64,000 nt of DNA from an uncultured Hormoscilla sp. (GTDB lineage Bacteria; Cyanobacteriota; Cyanobacteriia; Cyanobacteriales; Desertifilaceae): NCBI GenBank assembly GCA_963921275.4, contig OZ001293.3:1632001-1696000 (forward strand), in the 5' to 3' direction. Position 1 is the first letter of the stretch; the number at the start of each line of letters is the position of its first letter. Made by a program: the position numbers and the translations under genes. Below the pieces are notes generated by a model. That model ran no database searches. It had not been told where the DNA came from and saw only the letters and a program-made list of their open reading frames with translations. Below are positions 1-11,202 of the stretch, piece after piece.

Positions 1-255
1 AACGAGGCTTGCACATGTTTGCCTGCTCTAACCTTGGATATCTTTCCTAGCGGCGTCACCGGCTTAGGCTGCCAGTTATCCTACATTTGAGTCCTCGCTT
101 AGCACCACGATGATGTCGCTTCGTAGCACCGAGGACCGGTGTCACCCCCGTACCTGGGGGGAGGGGAATTTAACCCCCATGCGGTCAGAGTTCCCGGCTA
201 ATGAAACCGGGCTAGCGTTCCGTGTTTGACCACGTTAGGCTAGAACGAATCGCAC
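1..255 (-). mobile_element. 5' part of an ORF-less group II intron (continues beyond the window start)
   Basis: The minus strand begins GTGCGATTCGTT at 255. The reverse complement of 1-255 matches 33452-33706 (identical by eye). Confidence 0.9.
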
Positions 256-399
256 AAACTCCATAGAGGTTAGAGGAACCTGGATATTTTTAATACTACC
301 GTCCGGCTGCACTTGCTCTTCATATCGCTAGCCAGTTTCAGCCAGATCCGCAGCCTGTTCCGTTTGTACAGTGGGCGATCGTAACCCAGACTTGACCAT
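256..399 (-). pseudogene. 5' exon of the gene hosting the intron; possibly a Uma2-family N-terminus, with an internal TAG
   Basis: ATG at 399 and 48 codons to the intron junction (MVKSGLRSP...ETG*RYEEQVQPDG...VPLTSMEF), with TAG at 328-330. The family call is by resemblance only. Confidence 0.4.
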
Positions 400-464
400 T
401 TTACATCCTCCTTACTAATCTCTCATTTAATTATAACCATTCCTGCCTCTCAACTGCCTATTCT

Positions 465-643
465 CAATACTTCTCGGTTAAGCGTCTTATTTGTCATTGC
501 GAGGGGGGTACGTAGCGATTAACTTATGCCGAACCGAGTTAATCCCCCGCTGCGCTAACCGGGGGGGATCCTGGCGGTAAGCCCTAAAATGTCGGTTTGG
601 GCTCCCCCCCTCGCAATGACAGATTATTAACCGAGAAGTATTG
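465..643. mobile_element. IS4-like MITE
   Basis: 17-bp TIR CAATACTTCTCGGTTAA/TTAACCGAGAAGTATTG. Flanks TGCCTATTCT/TGCCAATTCT form a 10-bp target duplication with 1 mismatch. Internal inverted repeat GTCATTGCGAG/CTCGCAATGAC. Confidence 0.75.
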
Positions 644-1011
644 TGCCAATTCTCTCATCCCAGCCAAAATTAGGGCACAGGCACCACCGGCGATCGCCTT
701 CAATCTTTCTCATTATACAGTGCCCGATCGCTTAAAAAAATTTAAAACGAAAAAAATTTAAAATGTATTCGTTCCGCCCACCCCTCCCCCATCCGATCGC
801 CCAAGACCCCCTGTACCCCAACGGTATGCGATCGCCAATATAATGTATGGATGCGATCGCTCAACGGGCGATGGCCAGGGCGATCGATGAATCATGAAGC
901 GGAAAATGCTCGCGCCCGCCATAGATGCACCTTAACGGGAGATGTTATAATGAATAAGTTATACCAAATATATCTGTTATCGGCGACGGCGGCAAAAAAT
1001 ACCAAAGGGCT

Positions 1012-1395
1012 ATTTCTATTTTCTTTCACGAACAACTTCACAGAACTCCAGCATCCACTCCTGCCCCCAGATGAAAGATTTCCCCGTAACCATTTGCGGT
1101 GCGGGGGCGCTGGGTGCTAATATTACCGAAAACTTGGCGCGGGCTGGGTTTGCTCAGATGAGAGTAATCGATCGCGATCGTATTGAAGAACGCAACCTCT
1201 CCACCCAGCCTTACTACAAGTCAGATGTTGGTGCTTATAAAGCGAAAATGATCGCCAATACCCTCTACCGCGCCTTGGGAGTAGCTGTAGATGGACGTAC
1301 CAAAGAATTAACCTCAGCTAATGCCTCGCAGTTGTTAAAGGGAAGCGCGATCGCGATCGATACCTTTGATAATAGCGTCGGGCGTCAAGCGATTT
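1012..1395 (+). pseudogene. ThiF/MoeB-family adenylyltransferase, truncated
   Basis: Motifs CGAGALG, IDRDRIEERNLSTQ and IDTFDN are present. Recognisable homology stops near 1395 and the 5' end looks frameshifted. Confidence 0.7.
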
Positions 1396-1619
1396 TGCGG
1401 TCAAACCCTTTGAATTATGAAAATATTTGCTATTTCCCGCCAATATATACTATGATAGAAATAACCCGCAGCCTAACCCTAGGAGCTTACATACTTCTGA
1501 ACAAAGTACAACGAAATGGCTCCGGGAACTTCTGCGGGTTTTGCGAGAGCGCGTGTTTGATCAAAAAAATCCCTCTTCCAATTTGGGAGAGGGGTGAGGG
1601 GTTAGGGGAAAATTGTCAA

Positions 1620-3269
1620 TTAAGACCGAGGAGTTTTATCTCCCTTGAGGGCTGCTAGCCATTCATTGAGTTGATCGCCAGCAATATCGCGCGCGCCCAG
1701 ACCAAAGGCCAGGGCGATCGCCACAGCAATAGCACCCAACAGCAGGCCAAAAGCCAAATTAACAATGTCAGGAGCAATTCCCATCCGTTGCAGTGCCATC
1801 GCGCCGACCAAGATGATAATCGCAATGTAAGCAGCCTGACCTAAAAACGTCCCTTGGCTACTGCCAGAACTGATAATTAAGTTTTTGACGAAGTTAGCGC
1901 AAGCCAGACCAATGGCAAACACCACTACCCCTATGAGAACCTGGGCAGCTATCTGCAGAATCGTCCCCAGAATCAATGTCAGTGCATTTAAGCCCAGGAT
2001 ATCAGTTGCCGTAATTGTGGCAAACAGCATGATGGCCACCAGCACTATCGTACCCACAATTTCTGAAGGTGTTTTGGTCTGGGTCTTTTGCAGCAGAGTC
2101 TGTTCGCCATCGGGTGACGACTGAGTCTCACTTGCCTGTGCTGATTGCAAACCTAACCAAGAAAAGATCTTGTTGAACCCAAACCCAGTGAGGATATTTG
2201 TCACTAAATCTGAGACAAACCTGCCGATCACGTAAGATATCACCACAATCAACCCCGCCACAAACAGTAAGGGGATAATGCCGAGAATATCCTCTAGCAT
2301 CGCTACCGCTGGGGCAGAGATGGCCTCAATACCGACATTGTTTAAGGCCGCGATCGCAAAGGGAATCAAAACCAAAACATACACGATCGTACCCACCAGC
2401 CAGGAAAGGGTTTGGCTACCACTGCTCGGATAAAGTCCAAACCTCGACCCCAATTGGTCTACGTTGGTTGCCAGCAACAGATTAGTGACAATCCGACGCA
2501 CCACCGTCGCTACCAACCAGCCTGCCGCAGCAATCAGTCCCGCCCCCACCATGTCGGGCAGGATCGAGAGGAATTCATCCAGTAGCCCCTGTACCGGTTC
2601 TAATGTGCCCTCTAACTGCAAAGTGCTGAGAATGGACGGTAGAAATAGCAGGAATATGAACCAGTACAGGGCATTTGCCAGGGTGTTACTCACCGCCAAC
2701 TGGTTGTCACCAGTTTGAGAACAGACTTGCTGACCCAAACGCCGATCCAAATTCAAGGCATTCAGCGCCTGCGTCACCACCATCTTGACGATGGTTGCTA
2801 GCACCCAAGCGACCGCCAACAAAATTCCTGCACTGGCTATCCTGGGTAAGTATATGAGAATCTGACTGAGGAAATTATTCAGGGGCTGAGAAACCACCTG
2901 TAGCTTCAGGGCGTCCAAAAATCCCACGAACGCGAAAATCAGGATCAGCCAGAACACCAGATCCGAGATCCATTTCTCAGTCTGTAGCGTTGACGGTTGA
3001 TCGGTACGACCCGCGACCCATCCTGCGATCTTGTTATCCAGTTTGGTCCTTTTCAGTATTCCTCTGGTCACTCCTGCCATAATTTTAGCCACTATAAGGC
3101 CGACTACGAGAATCAGCACCGCCATGGCGATATCCTGCAGACGTGGGAAGAAGCTTGCAATGTCAGAGGTTTTTATTTGTGCCAGGGTCGGTGGCACCGA
3201 CATCCGATCTGTTCCCATTATTTGGCCTAAGCCCACTGATGGGGTTATGCCTTGCCACATTTCATTCAT
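1620..3269 (-). CDS. TM-helix-repeat membrane protein (CmpX / mechanosensitive-channel-like)
   Basis: 549 aa with repeated LP..AxxILxxGW TM units and C-terminal ALAFGLGARD. Confidence 0.8.
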   Translation of the reverse strand: MNEMWQGITPSVGLGQIMGTDRMSVPPTLAQIKTSDIASFFPRLQDIAMAVLILVVGLIVAKIMAGVTRGILKRTKLDNKIAGWVAGRTDQPSTLQTEKWISDLVFWLILIFAFVGFLDALKLQVVSQPLNNFLSQILIYLPRIASAGILLAVAWVLATIVKMVVTQALNALNLDRRLGQQVCSQTGDNQLAVSNTLANALYWFIFLLFLPSILSTLQLEGTLEPVQGLLDEFLSILPDMVGAGLIAAAGWLVATVVRRIVTNLLLATNVDQLGSRFGLYPSSGSQTLSWLVGTIVYVLVLIPFAIAALNNVGIEAISAPAVAMLEDILGIIPLLFVAGLIVVISYVIGRFVSDLVTNILTGFGFNKIFSWLGLQSAQASETQSSPDGEQTLLQKTQTKTPSEIVGTIVLVAIMLFATITATDILGLNALTLILGTILQIAAQVLIGVVVFAIGLACANFVKNLIISSGSSQGTFLGQAAYIAIIILVGAMALQRMGIAPDIVNLAFGLLLGAIAVAIALAFGLGARDIAGDQLNEWLAALKGDKTPRS

Positions 3270-3494
3270 AGATTTTTTCTATCCTCAACGGTACTCAATT
3301 GCAAAAATTGCTCCAGATAGAAGCTATTACTGAGAATTATCCTAACTTAGCCTCCGTTTTCTCACTGTTACCGAGCTATTTAAGCGACTAGCGATAATTT
3401 TCAGCTCCTGACCTGGGGGACCGGGCATTACCATATTACGGTAAGAACCGCTTTTTGATATCGCCCAGCAGCATTTCATACCTATATCCCAACC

Positions 3495-3959
3495 ATGTCA
3501 TCTAGTCAAGTTTTTGAACAATCAATCCAAATTCAGGCCAGTGCTACTGTAGTTGAGCGCTGTATTACAGAGCGGGATTTGATGCACCGATGGCTTAACC
3601 CCATGCTCCGGTGTGAGCCAGTGGGTACTACTGGAGATGAGGGTATTTGGGATACCAGCATCGGTGCCAGAGGTCGCTTTATTATCCAGATTCCTCTGTG
3701 GCAGCTTACCTTAGAAACTGTGGTGGTGTCCCGATCGCCCGGCAAGGTGGTCTGGGGGTTTTCCGGATTTTTCCGAGGACAAGATCTCTGGGAATGTCAA
3801 CCCACAGAAGTCGGAACCCATCTGCTGAATCAATTTTCCTTTGAAATTCCCAACCCCCTGATCCGCTTTGGTTTCAATACTTTTGCCTCTCGCTGGACTC
3901 AAGGGGACATGCAGGCCCAACTGCAACGCCTCAAGCTAGTTGCAGAAAGTCTTCAGTAA
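3495..3959 (+). CDS. SRPBCC/polyketide cyclase family protein
   Basis: 154 aa; FEQSIQIQAS...RWLNP...GFFRGQDLWEC pattern. Confidence 0.75.
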   Translation: MSSSQVFEQSIQIQASATVVERCITERDLMHRWLNPMLRCEPVGTTGDEGIWDTSIGARGRFIIQIPLWQLTLETVVVSRSPGKVVWGFSGFFRGQDLWECQPTEVGTHLLNQFSFEIPNPLIRFGFNTFASRWTQGDMQAQLQRLKLVAESLQ

Positions 3960-4879
3960 GCACAGGTGGGTTCCGATAGACTCACCATCAGTAAATGAGC
4001 TACCGGTCTATTCCCGATCGCTCCTGGCATTGGTAAGTAGTTAGACAAAAAGGCGTTGCACATTTTGGGGATGATAAGTACTTGGACCGACTTATTTACA
4101 AATTACTTTCTTGCAGGATATGGCGCTTCGCGCCTCAATTATATGTAATTAATTTTGTCATACTACTTAAGTGACCAGCGATCGGTGAACAGTGACCAGC
4201 GATCGGCATAGCTTATGTATGAAATTTATATATGACTAGATACTGATATTAGCAATTAGCAATTAGAACTAGCCTAAATCTCTGGTGTAAAAATTATGAG
4301 GTATCGCGGCTGAAACCCTGGCAGGGTAACGACTTCAGCAAACCTATATTGCACAACTCATTTAGGGGAGCTATAGCAATTAGCAACCATCATCCCGAAA
4401 ATATGCAACGCCAACTTAATTATGCCAAAACCCAGGTACGACGAATACGAAGTGCGCAACCCAGGAGCGCTAGAGTAAAACCTGTCTCGTCATGCAGCGA
4501 TCGACGAGGGAGGCTGGGAGGAGATGGAACGTAAATAGGGTCTATTTGTATACAGGGCGACGCCGGAGCGCTAGCGGATTGAACAAATACGGTCCGATCC
4601 AATCTTTAAAGTTGATTGCGTTTTTGAAGGTCAAACCGAATTACCTCTATCTTACGGCGACTATAGCACTTCTGGTGATTAGCCCAGGGAAAACGCATCT
4701 AAATCCTGGAAGCCTTTCCCAGTAAGCATTATGGAATTATATAAGTATAAATACTCTGGATGCTCAAACCCTTGTCCTGTAAGCGTTTCAAAAATAAGAT
4801 GCGTTTACCCTGGTGATTAGCCACCCCCACCCTAAAGGGTGGGGCTACAGGAACAAAGCCCGCCTGCGCGAGCAAAAGA

Positions 4880-5505
4880 GTTGGATCGATGTTGGCTATT
4901 CCTGTGAAGAAATCAACTTCGGAAAACTCGGATTTTAATGCTTCTGCTTCTGGTTGTGGGATGGGGGCGAGGGGGTCGCGAAATGGTACATTCAGATGGA
5001 CTACCCCAGGGGTAGGAAACAGGTACATTCCCAGGCATGAATTACTGTTTGTCCCAGATATGCTAACATTTCCATTTCTAATGATGGCAATGCTAACTCG
5101 GCTTGCCAGTTCGGGTAATTGCCATATAATTTTACTTGGTAGATCGCCTGTCCGGCATGGCAGTTCCGCAGTTCCGGAGGGTGATCGGCTGTTAAAATCA
5201 ATAGAGGTACTCGATTTTCTCGCGCCTCGATCGCTGCTGGATAAAAGTTCGCACCCGCCGTTCCCGAAGTACAAACCAATGCTACTGGCAATCCCGTTCC
5301 CTTGGCAATTCTTAGGGCAAAAAATGCCGCTGAACCTTCGTCCAACACTGGAATAGCTTCGATTTGGGGGTTTTGGGCAAAAGCTACCGTCAGGGGGGTC
5401 GAGCGCGAACCCGGACAGGCGATCGCCGTTTTCAATCCCAGTCGCTTTAATGTTTCTGCTAAAATTGAAGCCTAAACTAAATTTACATTGCGGAATAAGA
5501 GCATT
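4880..5505 (-). pseudogene. menD: SEPHCHC synthase N-terminal fragment
   Basis: Motifs [32 protein letters not shown] and VHLNVPFRDPL. Has an early stop, a frameshift near 5010 and no C-terminus. Confidence 0.85.
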
Positions 5506-6445
5506 TTCTTACTTAGGGCTTGCTGAATAAAGTCGGCAGAGCGAATAATGATGCCACACAGCGCCGAATTATGGTAGTTTTGTCGCCAATGGAACCCAAG
5601 AAACCCGACGATTTCCTGCGAAAGTGTAAGGTTTTGAGTCCTCCGATGTCAATCAAGAGCACTTGTAAGCTTCTCAAAATGCCTGAAAGCCTTGCCTGAT
5701 AATGCTTTCACTCTTTTTCAGTCAGCCATACTTATATATGTTGTTCCTCAGCGGTTAAAACCCGTTGGTAATTCCTTGAATTGCTGACTTCTTAACCTGT
5801 CCCTTGTTCTCCCTTGCCTTTTCCCTGACCCATGCTGTATAATACCAGTAGAGTTCCTCTCGTCAAACCGCCCTGGTTTTGGGATAGGAGTAAAAAGTTA
5901 CCAACTCTCTCCTTGAGGACAAGGCTGAATAGGTAACGTTATGAGATGAATAAACCCATGAAGACTAGTAGAAATCATGTTAAAAGCATCACCCAAAAGT
6001 AAGTATTATCCTCCATCTAGATTGCCGGTGCCGCCCGACCCCAAAACCAAAGGCCGATGTCTGGTTTTCGCCGTGCGTCCGGGAGACATCGCCAGGCCGG
6101 TTTAGCTGCTGTCAATGGGCCAGTGCCGCTGGCGGTGGCAGCAGGGCGGGCGGTTAAGCTGACTGCTATCAGCTTACTAACAGGACTGCTTACCACTGGC
6201 CTAGCACTGCCCGCTCGCGCCTTAACGATGCTTCAGCCCACTTCTGTCTTCTATCCCAGAAGAGCCTCCAGAGGTCGGTTACGCTCTAATCAACCTGATT
6301 AACCAAACCGGGTTGTCACAAGGTTATACCAGTGGGGTGACTGACTTTGATACCTATATCATCCACGACTCACCCTAACGGTCGTTTCGATGTTTCGTGG
6401 GGAGGCGTTAATGAGGTATTTACAGGTGAGGGCGGGTGTAGCTGC

Positions 6446-7858
6446 TTAAAGCTGCTTCACTTCGCCAACGATCTTAGTCACCATATCCTTAGCGCTGCCA
6501 AACAGCATCATCGTCTTGTCCTTGTAAAACAGATCGTTATCAATCCCAGCAAAGCCTGTATTTAGACTACGCTTGATCACGATCGTGTGTCCAGCCTTGT
6601 CTACCTCCAGAATGGGCATCCCATAAATTGGGCTACCAGCATTATCCCGCGCTGCTGGGTTGACCACGTCGTTCGCCCCAATTACCAAGGCTACATCCGT
6701 GCGATCGAAATCTGGATTAATGTCCTCCATATCGTACAGCTGCTCGTAAGGCACGTTCGCCTCGGCCAGCAACACGTTCATATGTCCGGGCATCCGTCCG
6801 GCCACTGGGTGAATGGCATACTTCACCTCAACCCCGAGGCGTTCCAACTGGTCAGCCAACTCCCGCACCGCATGCTGTGCCTGGGCTACAGCCATGCCAT
6901 AACCGGGAACGATCGCCACAGAGCGAGCATAACCCAACATCATCGCACTCTCTTCCGGGTCGATGCTATGGACAGTTTTATCGACCTTGCCACCAGCAGC
7001 AGTCGCAGCTGTGCCGCCACCCGTACCAAAGCCAGCGAACAACACATTGGTGAGGGAGCGGTTCATCGCCTTACACATAATCACGGTCAGGATGATACCG
7101 GAAGCACCCACCAAGGCACCAGCGATAATCAGCATATTGTTCACCACCACGAAGCCCGCAGCAGAAGCAGCTAACCCAGAGAAGGAGTTCAGCAGGGAAA
7201 TTACCACGGGCATGTCGCCGCCACCAATAGGAATGACAAACATCACTCCCAGTACCAGGGAAATACCCGCCAATGCCAGGAAAACTGGCGTGTTCAAGGG
7301 GTTCAGGCAGATATAAACACAACCTGCCAGAAAGCTGCCGAGGAGGAGGGCGTTAAAGGGTTGCTGCAAGGGGAAGAGGATGGGGGAACCACTCATAATC
7401 CCTTTCAGCTTCGCAAAGGCGATCAAAGATCCCGTGAAGGTCACGCCACCAATTAACACCCCTAGCAATACCGTAATTGTAGTGTCTAATGGTGGGCGAT
7501 CGAAGCTGGCGAAATAGCGCCAAAATTCTCCTACGGCGACCAGGGCGGAAGCAGCCCCCCCTAAACCATTGAATAAACCTACCATTTCTGGCATGGCAGT
7601 CATTTCTACTTTGTAAGCCCCGATCGCCCCTATTACCGAACCGATCGCAATGCCGATCAGAATCATCTGATAGTTCAGCACTTCCTGATCAAGCAGCGTC
7701 ACCGCGATCGCTAGCAGCATCCCGACGACAGCCCACAGATTACCATTGCGAGCCGTTGCTGGAGAACCCAGCTTTTTCAGACCGACAAAGAATAACGATG
7801 CTGCCAGCAAATAGGTCAGTTGTATGCTGGTCGGGATATATTCGCTGATACTGCTCAT
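6446..7858 (-). CDS. pntB: NAD(P) transhydrogenase beta subunit
   Basis: Motifs PGYGMAVAQAQH, HPVAGRMPGHMNVLLAEA and GANDVVNPAA. Confidence 0.97.
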   Translation of the reverse strand: MSSISEYIPTSIQLTYLLAASLFFVGLKKLGSPATARNGNLWAVVGMLLAIAVTLLDQEVLNYQMILIGIAIGSVIGAIGAYKVEMTAMPEMVGLFNGLGGAASALVAVGEFWRYFASFDRPPLDTTITVLLGVLIGGVTFTGSLIAFAKLKGIMSGSPILFPLQQPFNALLLGSFLAGCVYICLNPLNTPVFLALAGISLVLGVMFVIPIGGGDMPVVISLLNSFSGLAASAAGFVVVNNMLIIAGALVGASGIILTVIMCKAMNRSLTNVLFAGFGTGGGTAATAAGGKVDKTVHSIDPEESAMMLGYARSVAIVPGYGMAVAQAQHAVRELADQLERLGVEVKYAIHPVAGRMPGHMNVLLAEANVPYEQLYDMEDINPDFDRTDVALVIGANDVVNPAARDNAGSPIYGMPILEVDKAGHTIVIKRSLNTGFAGIDNDLFYKDKTMMLFGSAKDMVTKIVGEVKQL

Positions 7859-8148
7859 GCCTTAATCTCCTTCTTCTTAAACATTTGCAACATCCTGTCC
7901 GTTACCAGGAAACCGCCCACCACATTAATCGTGGCAAAAACCACAGCAATTAAGCCCAAAATCACCGTCACATTCCAATCCTTATCCCCCGCAATAATCA
8001 AGGCACCTAAAATTGCAATGCCCGAGATCGCATTGGCCCCAGACATCAAGGGCGTATGCAGGGTTGGCGGCACCTTGTTAATCACCTCGAACCCGGCAAA
8101 TGAAGCCAGGACAAAAACGAACAAAGCCGAAATCAATGCTTCAGTCAT
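7855..8148 (-). CDS. pntA2: NAD(P) transhydrogenase alpha subunit, part 2
   Basis: Motif KVPPTLHTPLMSGANAISG; overlaps the pntB start. Confidence 0.95.
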   Translation of the reverse strand: MTEALISALFVFVLASFAGFEVINKVPPTLHTPLMSGANAISGIAILGALIIAGDKDWNVTVILGLIAVVFATINVVGGFLVTDRMLQMFKKKEIKA

Positions 8149-8214
8149 CGGACTAAAATCTCCTTTCTTTATCCTTTGGATGTAGGGTGGGCACCGCCCA
8201 CCAACCGCTTGCGA

Positions 8215-9360
8215 CTAGACGTTAACTACTACCTGTTCTAGAGCATCCTTGACCCGTTGGTTGCGAATTTCTCCTCCATGGGTGACGCAAGTCCCGCTAA
8301 TGATATCATCGGCAAAATCCAGCTTTAATTCCCCCTCTTTAATCAGGGTTTGCAACAGCGTGGAAATGTTCTTGGCATACATCTGAGAAGCATGGACTGG
8401 CATGGAGGAAGGCAAATTAATCGGACCGATGATCGTAATGCCATTACGCACCACATCCTTGCCAGCTTCCGTCAGGGCGCAGTTACCACCTTGTTCGGCT
8501 GCCAAGTCAACAATTACTGCACCAGGTTTCATCTTCGCGACCGTTTCTTCCGTAACCAGCAGCGGCGCTTTCTTGCCAGGAACCTGGGCAGTGGTAATCA
8601 CTACATCGGCGGCGGCCACAGTATCAGTCACTAATTTTTGAGTGCGTTTCTTGGACTCCTCGGAAATTTCCTTAGCGTAGCCACCTGCGGCTACTGTATC
8701 TTCCTCTAATTTCACCTCTACGAACTTGGCACCGAGGCTTTGCACTTCTTCTTTTACTGCTGGGCGGATGTCAAAAGCTTCTACCACCGCACCCAAGCGT
8801 CGCGCAGTGGCGATCGCCTGCAAACCTGCCACTCCAGCACCCATCACAAACACTTTCGCCGGGCGGATAGTACCAGCTGCCGTTGTCAACATGGGGAAGA
8901 ACTTAGGCAAAGCCGCTGCGGCCAGCAGTACTGCTTTATACCCAGCCACACCCGCCTGAGAGGACAAAGCATCCATACTCTGGGCCCGACTGGTACGAGG
9001 TATCATTTCCATACTGAAAGCCGTCACCCGACGTTCTGCCAGCTTTCCTATCAATTCTGGCGAACCCAGGGGATTGAGGAAGCTAATCAAGACTCCTTCG
9101 GCCCGTAGCTGGTTAATTTCGGACTCTTTGGGCGTCCCCACCTTCAGCAGCACATCTGCTTCCCCCCAGAGATATCCGATATCTTCGATTATCTTGGCAC
9201 CCGCAGCTTCATAGGCGCTGTTCGGGAAGAATGACTGTTCCCCTGCCCCCGACTCTACCCATATTTCTAAGCCCTGCTTTGTCAACCGGGAGACGATATC
9301 GGGAATCAAAGCCACGCGGCGTTCGCCGAATTCTACTTCTTTGGCAACTGCTATTTTCAT
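8215..9360 (-). CDS. pntA: NAD(P) transhydrogenase alpha subunit, part 1
   Basis: Motifs RAQSMDALSS, GAGVAGLQAIATA and GGYAKE. Confidence 0.97.
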   Translation of the reverse strand: MKIAVAKEVEFGERRVALIPDIVSRLTKQGLEIWVESGAGEQSFFPNSAYEAAGAKIIEDIGYLWGEADVLLKVGTPKESEINQLRAEGVLISFLNPLGSPELIGKLAERRVTAFSMEMIPRTSRAQSMDALSSQAGVAGYKAVLLAAAALPKFFPMLTTAAGTIRPAKVFVMGAGVAGLQAIATARRLGAVVEAFDIRPAVKEEVQSLGAKFVEVKLEEDTVAAGGYAKEISEESKKRTQKLVTDTVAAADVVITTAQVPGKKAPLLVTEETVAKMKPGAVIVDLAAEQGGNCALTEAGKDVVRNGITIIGPINLPSSMPVHASQMYAKNISTLLQTLIKEGELKLDFADDIISGTCVTHGGEIRNQRVKDALEQVVVNV

Positions 9361-9768
9361 TTACGCTCCTTTTCCCTTTTCTCGAAAACTCTCAGAAGTT
9401 TTACTTGATTGCATTGGATTTGGGCATCTCCATTCTGCATCCTATGTTAATTTCTCTAAATCGCTGCCCTTCTTTAACTTTTTTATACATTTAGCTGTTC
9501 CCACTCGCTCTTCTGTATTCGATCGGACCAAATTATCCCTTATCTCTGGAGTTAGCAACTGATTCTTTCAGTATTTAAACTGATTTGCCTATCTTTAGAT
9601 TGTCTTTAGATTTTTTCCCTTGCAGAGCGAGTAGGGAATGCTATAATTGAAGCTGTCCGCAGACAGCAAAAAATAACGGACTGGTAGAGACAGTCCGCGG
9701 TCAGTAGTCAGTTGTATTAGAGGTAGGTGGTCAACAAACAACAAACAACAAACAACATTAATATTTTG

Positions 9769-10416
9769 TTATTGCTCTGTGGAGTCGTTATCTTGAGGAC
9801 AGAACACGTGCTCTAAAATGCGGCGGTTTTCAACCTGTAAGCCTCTGATCTCAGATTGCATTTCTCTGATTTCAACTGTTATCTTTCTGATCTCATTCAC
9901 AATTTCCTCAAAATTGCGCTGATGGATCTCAACTATCTGCACCAAAGAACTAACTGTGGCGCGTAATTCGGCCATTTCCCGCCGGTCAGCTTCTCGCTCG
10001 CGCCGGTCAGCGGCGCGTAATTCGGCCATTTCCCGCCGGTCAGCTTCTCGCTCGCGCCGGTCAGCGGCGCGTAATTCGGCCATTTCCCGCTGGTCAGCTT
10101 CTCTGATCTGCACCAAAGAACTAACTGTGGCGCGTAATTCGGCCATTTCCCGCCAGTCAGCGGCGCGTAATTCGGTCATTTCCTGTTGGTCAGCTTCTCT
10201 GATCTGCACCAAAGAACCAACTGTGGCGCGTAATTCAGCCATTTCCCGCCGGTCAGCGGCGCGTAATTCGGCCATTTCCCGCTGGTCAGCTTCTCTGATC
10301 TGCACCAAAGAACTAACTGTGGCGCGTAATTCGGCCATTTCGCGCCGGTCAGCTTCTCTGTCTAGGGCGATTTGTTCCAGAACGGCTTCAATCCGGTCTA
10401 GTCTGTCTGTACTCAT
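9769..10416 (-). CDS. Coiled-coil protein built from nested tandem repeats
   Basis: Repeated READRREMAELR and ATVSSLVQI units, mirrored as DNA repeats at about 9930-10360. Confidence 0.7.
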   Translation of the reverse strand: MSTDRLDRIEAVLEQIALDREADRREMAELRATVSSLVQIREADQREMAELRAADRREMAELRATVGSLVQIREADQQEMTELRAADWREMAELRATVSSLVQIREADQREMAELRAADRREREADRREMAELRAADRREREADRREMAELRATVSSLVQIVEIHQRNFEEIVNEIRKITVEIREMQSEIRGLQVENRRILEHVFCPQDNDSTEQ

Positions 10417-10531
10417 ATCATATTCCTCTCACTTCCCTTCTCATATTATCACAAATTTAGGGCGATCGCACTTTTAACTTTATACTGTTTGTAGTGCGAT
10501 CGCCCCGACAACTGAACCTCTAAATTTACAT

Positions 10532-11010
10532 TTAAAGCACCTGCGCCAATATCTTCTCCATATCCTCTAGCGGAACTGCGCCAGAGAAATCTTTCCCATT
10601 CATCACGAAGAAAGGCGTGCCGGAAACACCAAGTTTTTGACCTAGCTGCATATCCTGCTGAATGGCACTATCCGCCAAATTCCGATCGCGATTAAACTGC
10701 TCTAAACATGCAAACTTTGGGCAATCCTCACCCAATTTATCTTGCTGGGTAAATAGGGCGTCCTGGTACTCCCAGAACTTACCTTGCTGAGTAGCAAGCA
10801 GCCCAAGCAGCGCCTTTTGTTGAATATTCTCCAACAATACGCTAGCAGAGCGCAACTCCACCAAAAAATCTGGGCAAAGCGGCACATATTTTTGCCGCTG
10901 CACCGCAGTCAGCGCTGAGTAACGTTCCTTTCTCACCCAAGCAGCATCAGGAGAACGGATAGCGCTATTCGGGAGTATGAAACCGTTAGAAGCATCAAAG
11001 GCCACCCCTC
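10532..11010 (-). pseudogene. Chimeric remnant: Uma2 fragment fused to DsbA/thioredoxin fragments
   Basis: N-terminal part FDASNGFILPNSAIRSPDAAWV...CPDFLVELRS resembles Uma2. C-terminal part QGKFWEYQDALF...LGVSGTPFFVMNG resembles DsbA. Confidence 0.7.
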
Positions 11011-11202
11011 GATCGCTCTGACTGCAATGTAATCTAGCCCGCGCTGGCAGGCGAAGGTTTGTCTAGCCTCACCCTTTAGGGTTCCGGCTTAGCCCTGTCA
11101 AGGTGGGTCTGATGGGTGCTCTCTGCGTATATACGGTAGTGATCGGCATATTGCATCATTTTTTCTGTAGAGTCTCCAGTTTTTTATGTCAGTTATTTAC
11201 AA

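Noticed and set aside
8182..8203. GTAG-type palindromes (also near 12186, 19052, 35346, 52059 and 55959) and HIP1 octamers
   Set aside because: These are common cyanobacterial REP-like and HIP1 repeats, and no associated RAYT gene is visible here.
6587..9562. Antisense ORFs over pnt (and likewise over kaiC, the RT genes and the repeat protein)
   Set aside because: They are shadows of well-supported genes on the opposite strand.
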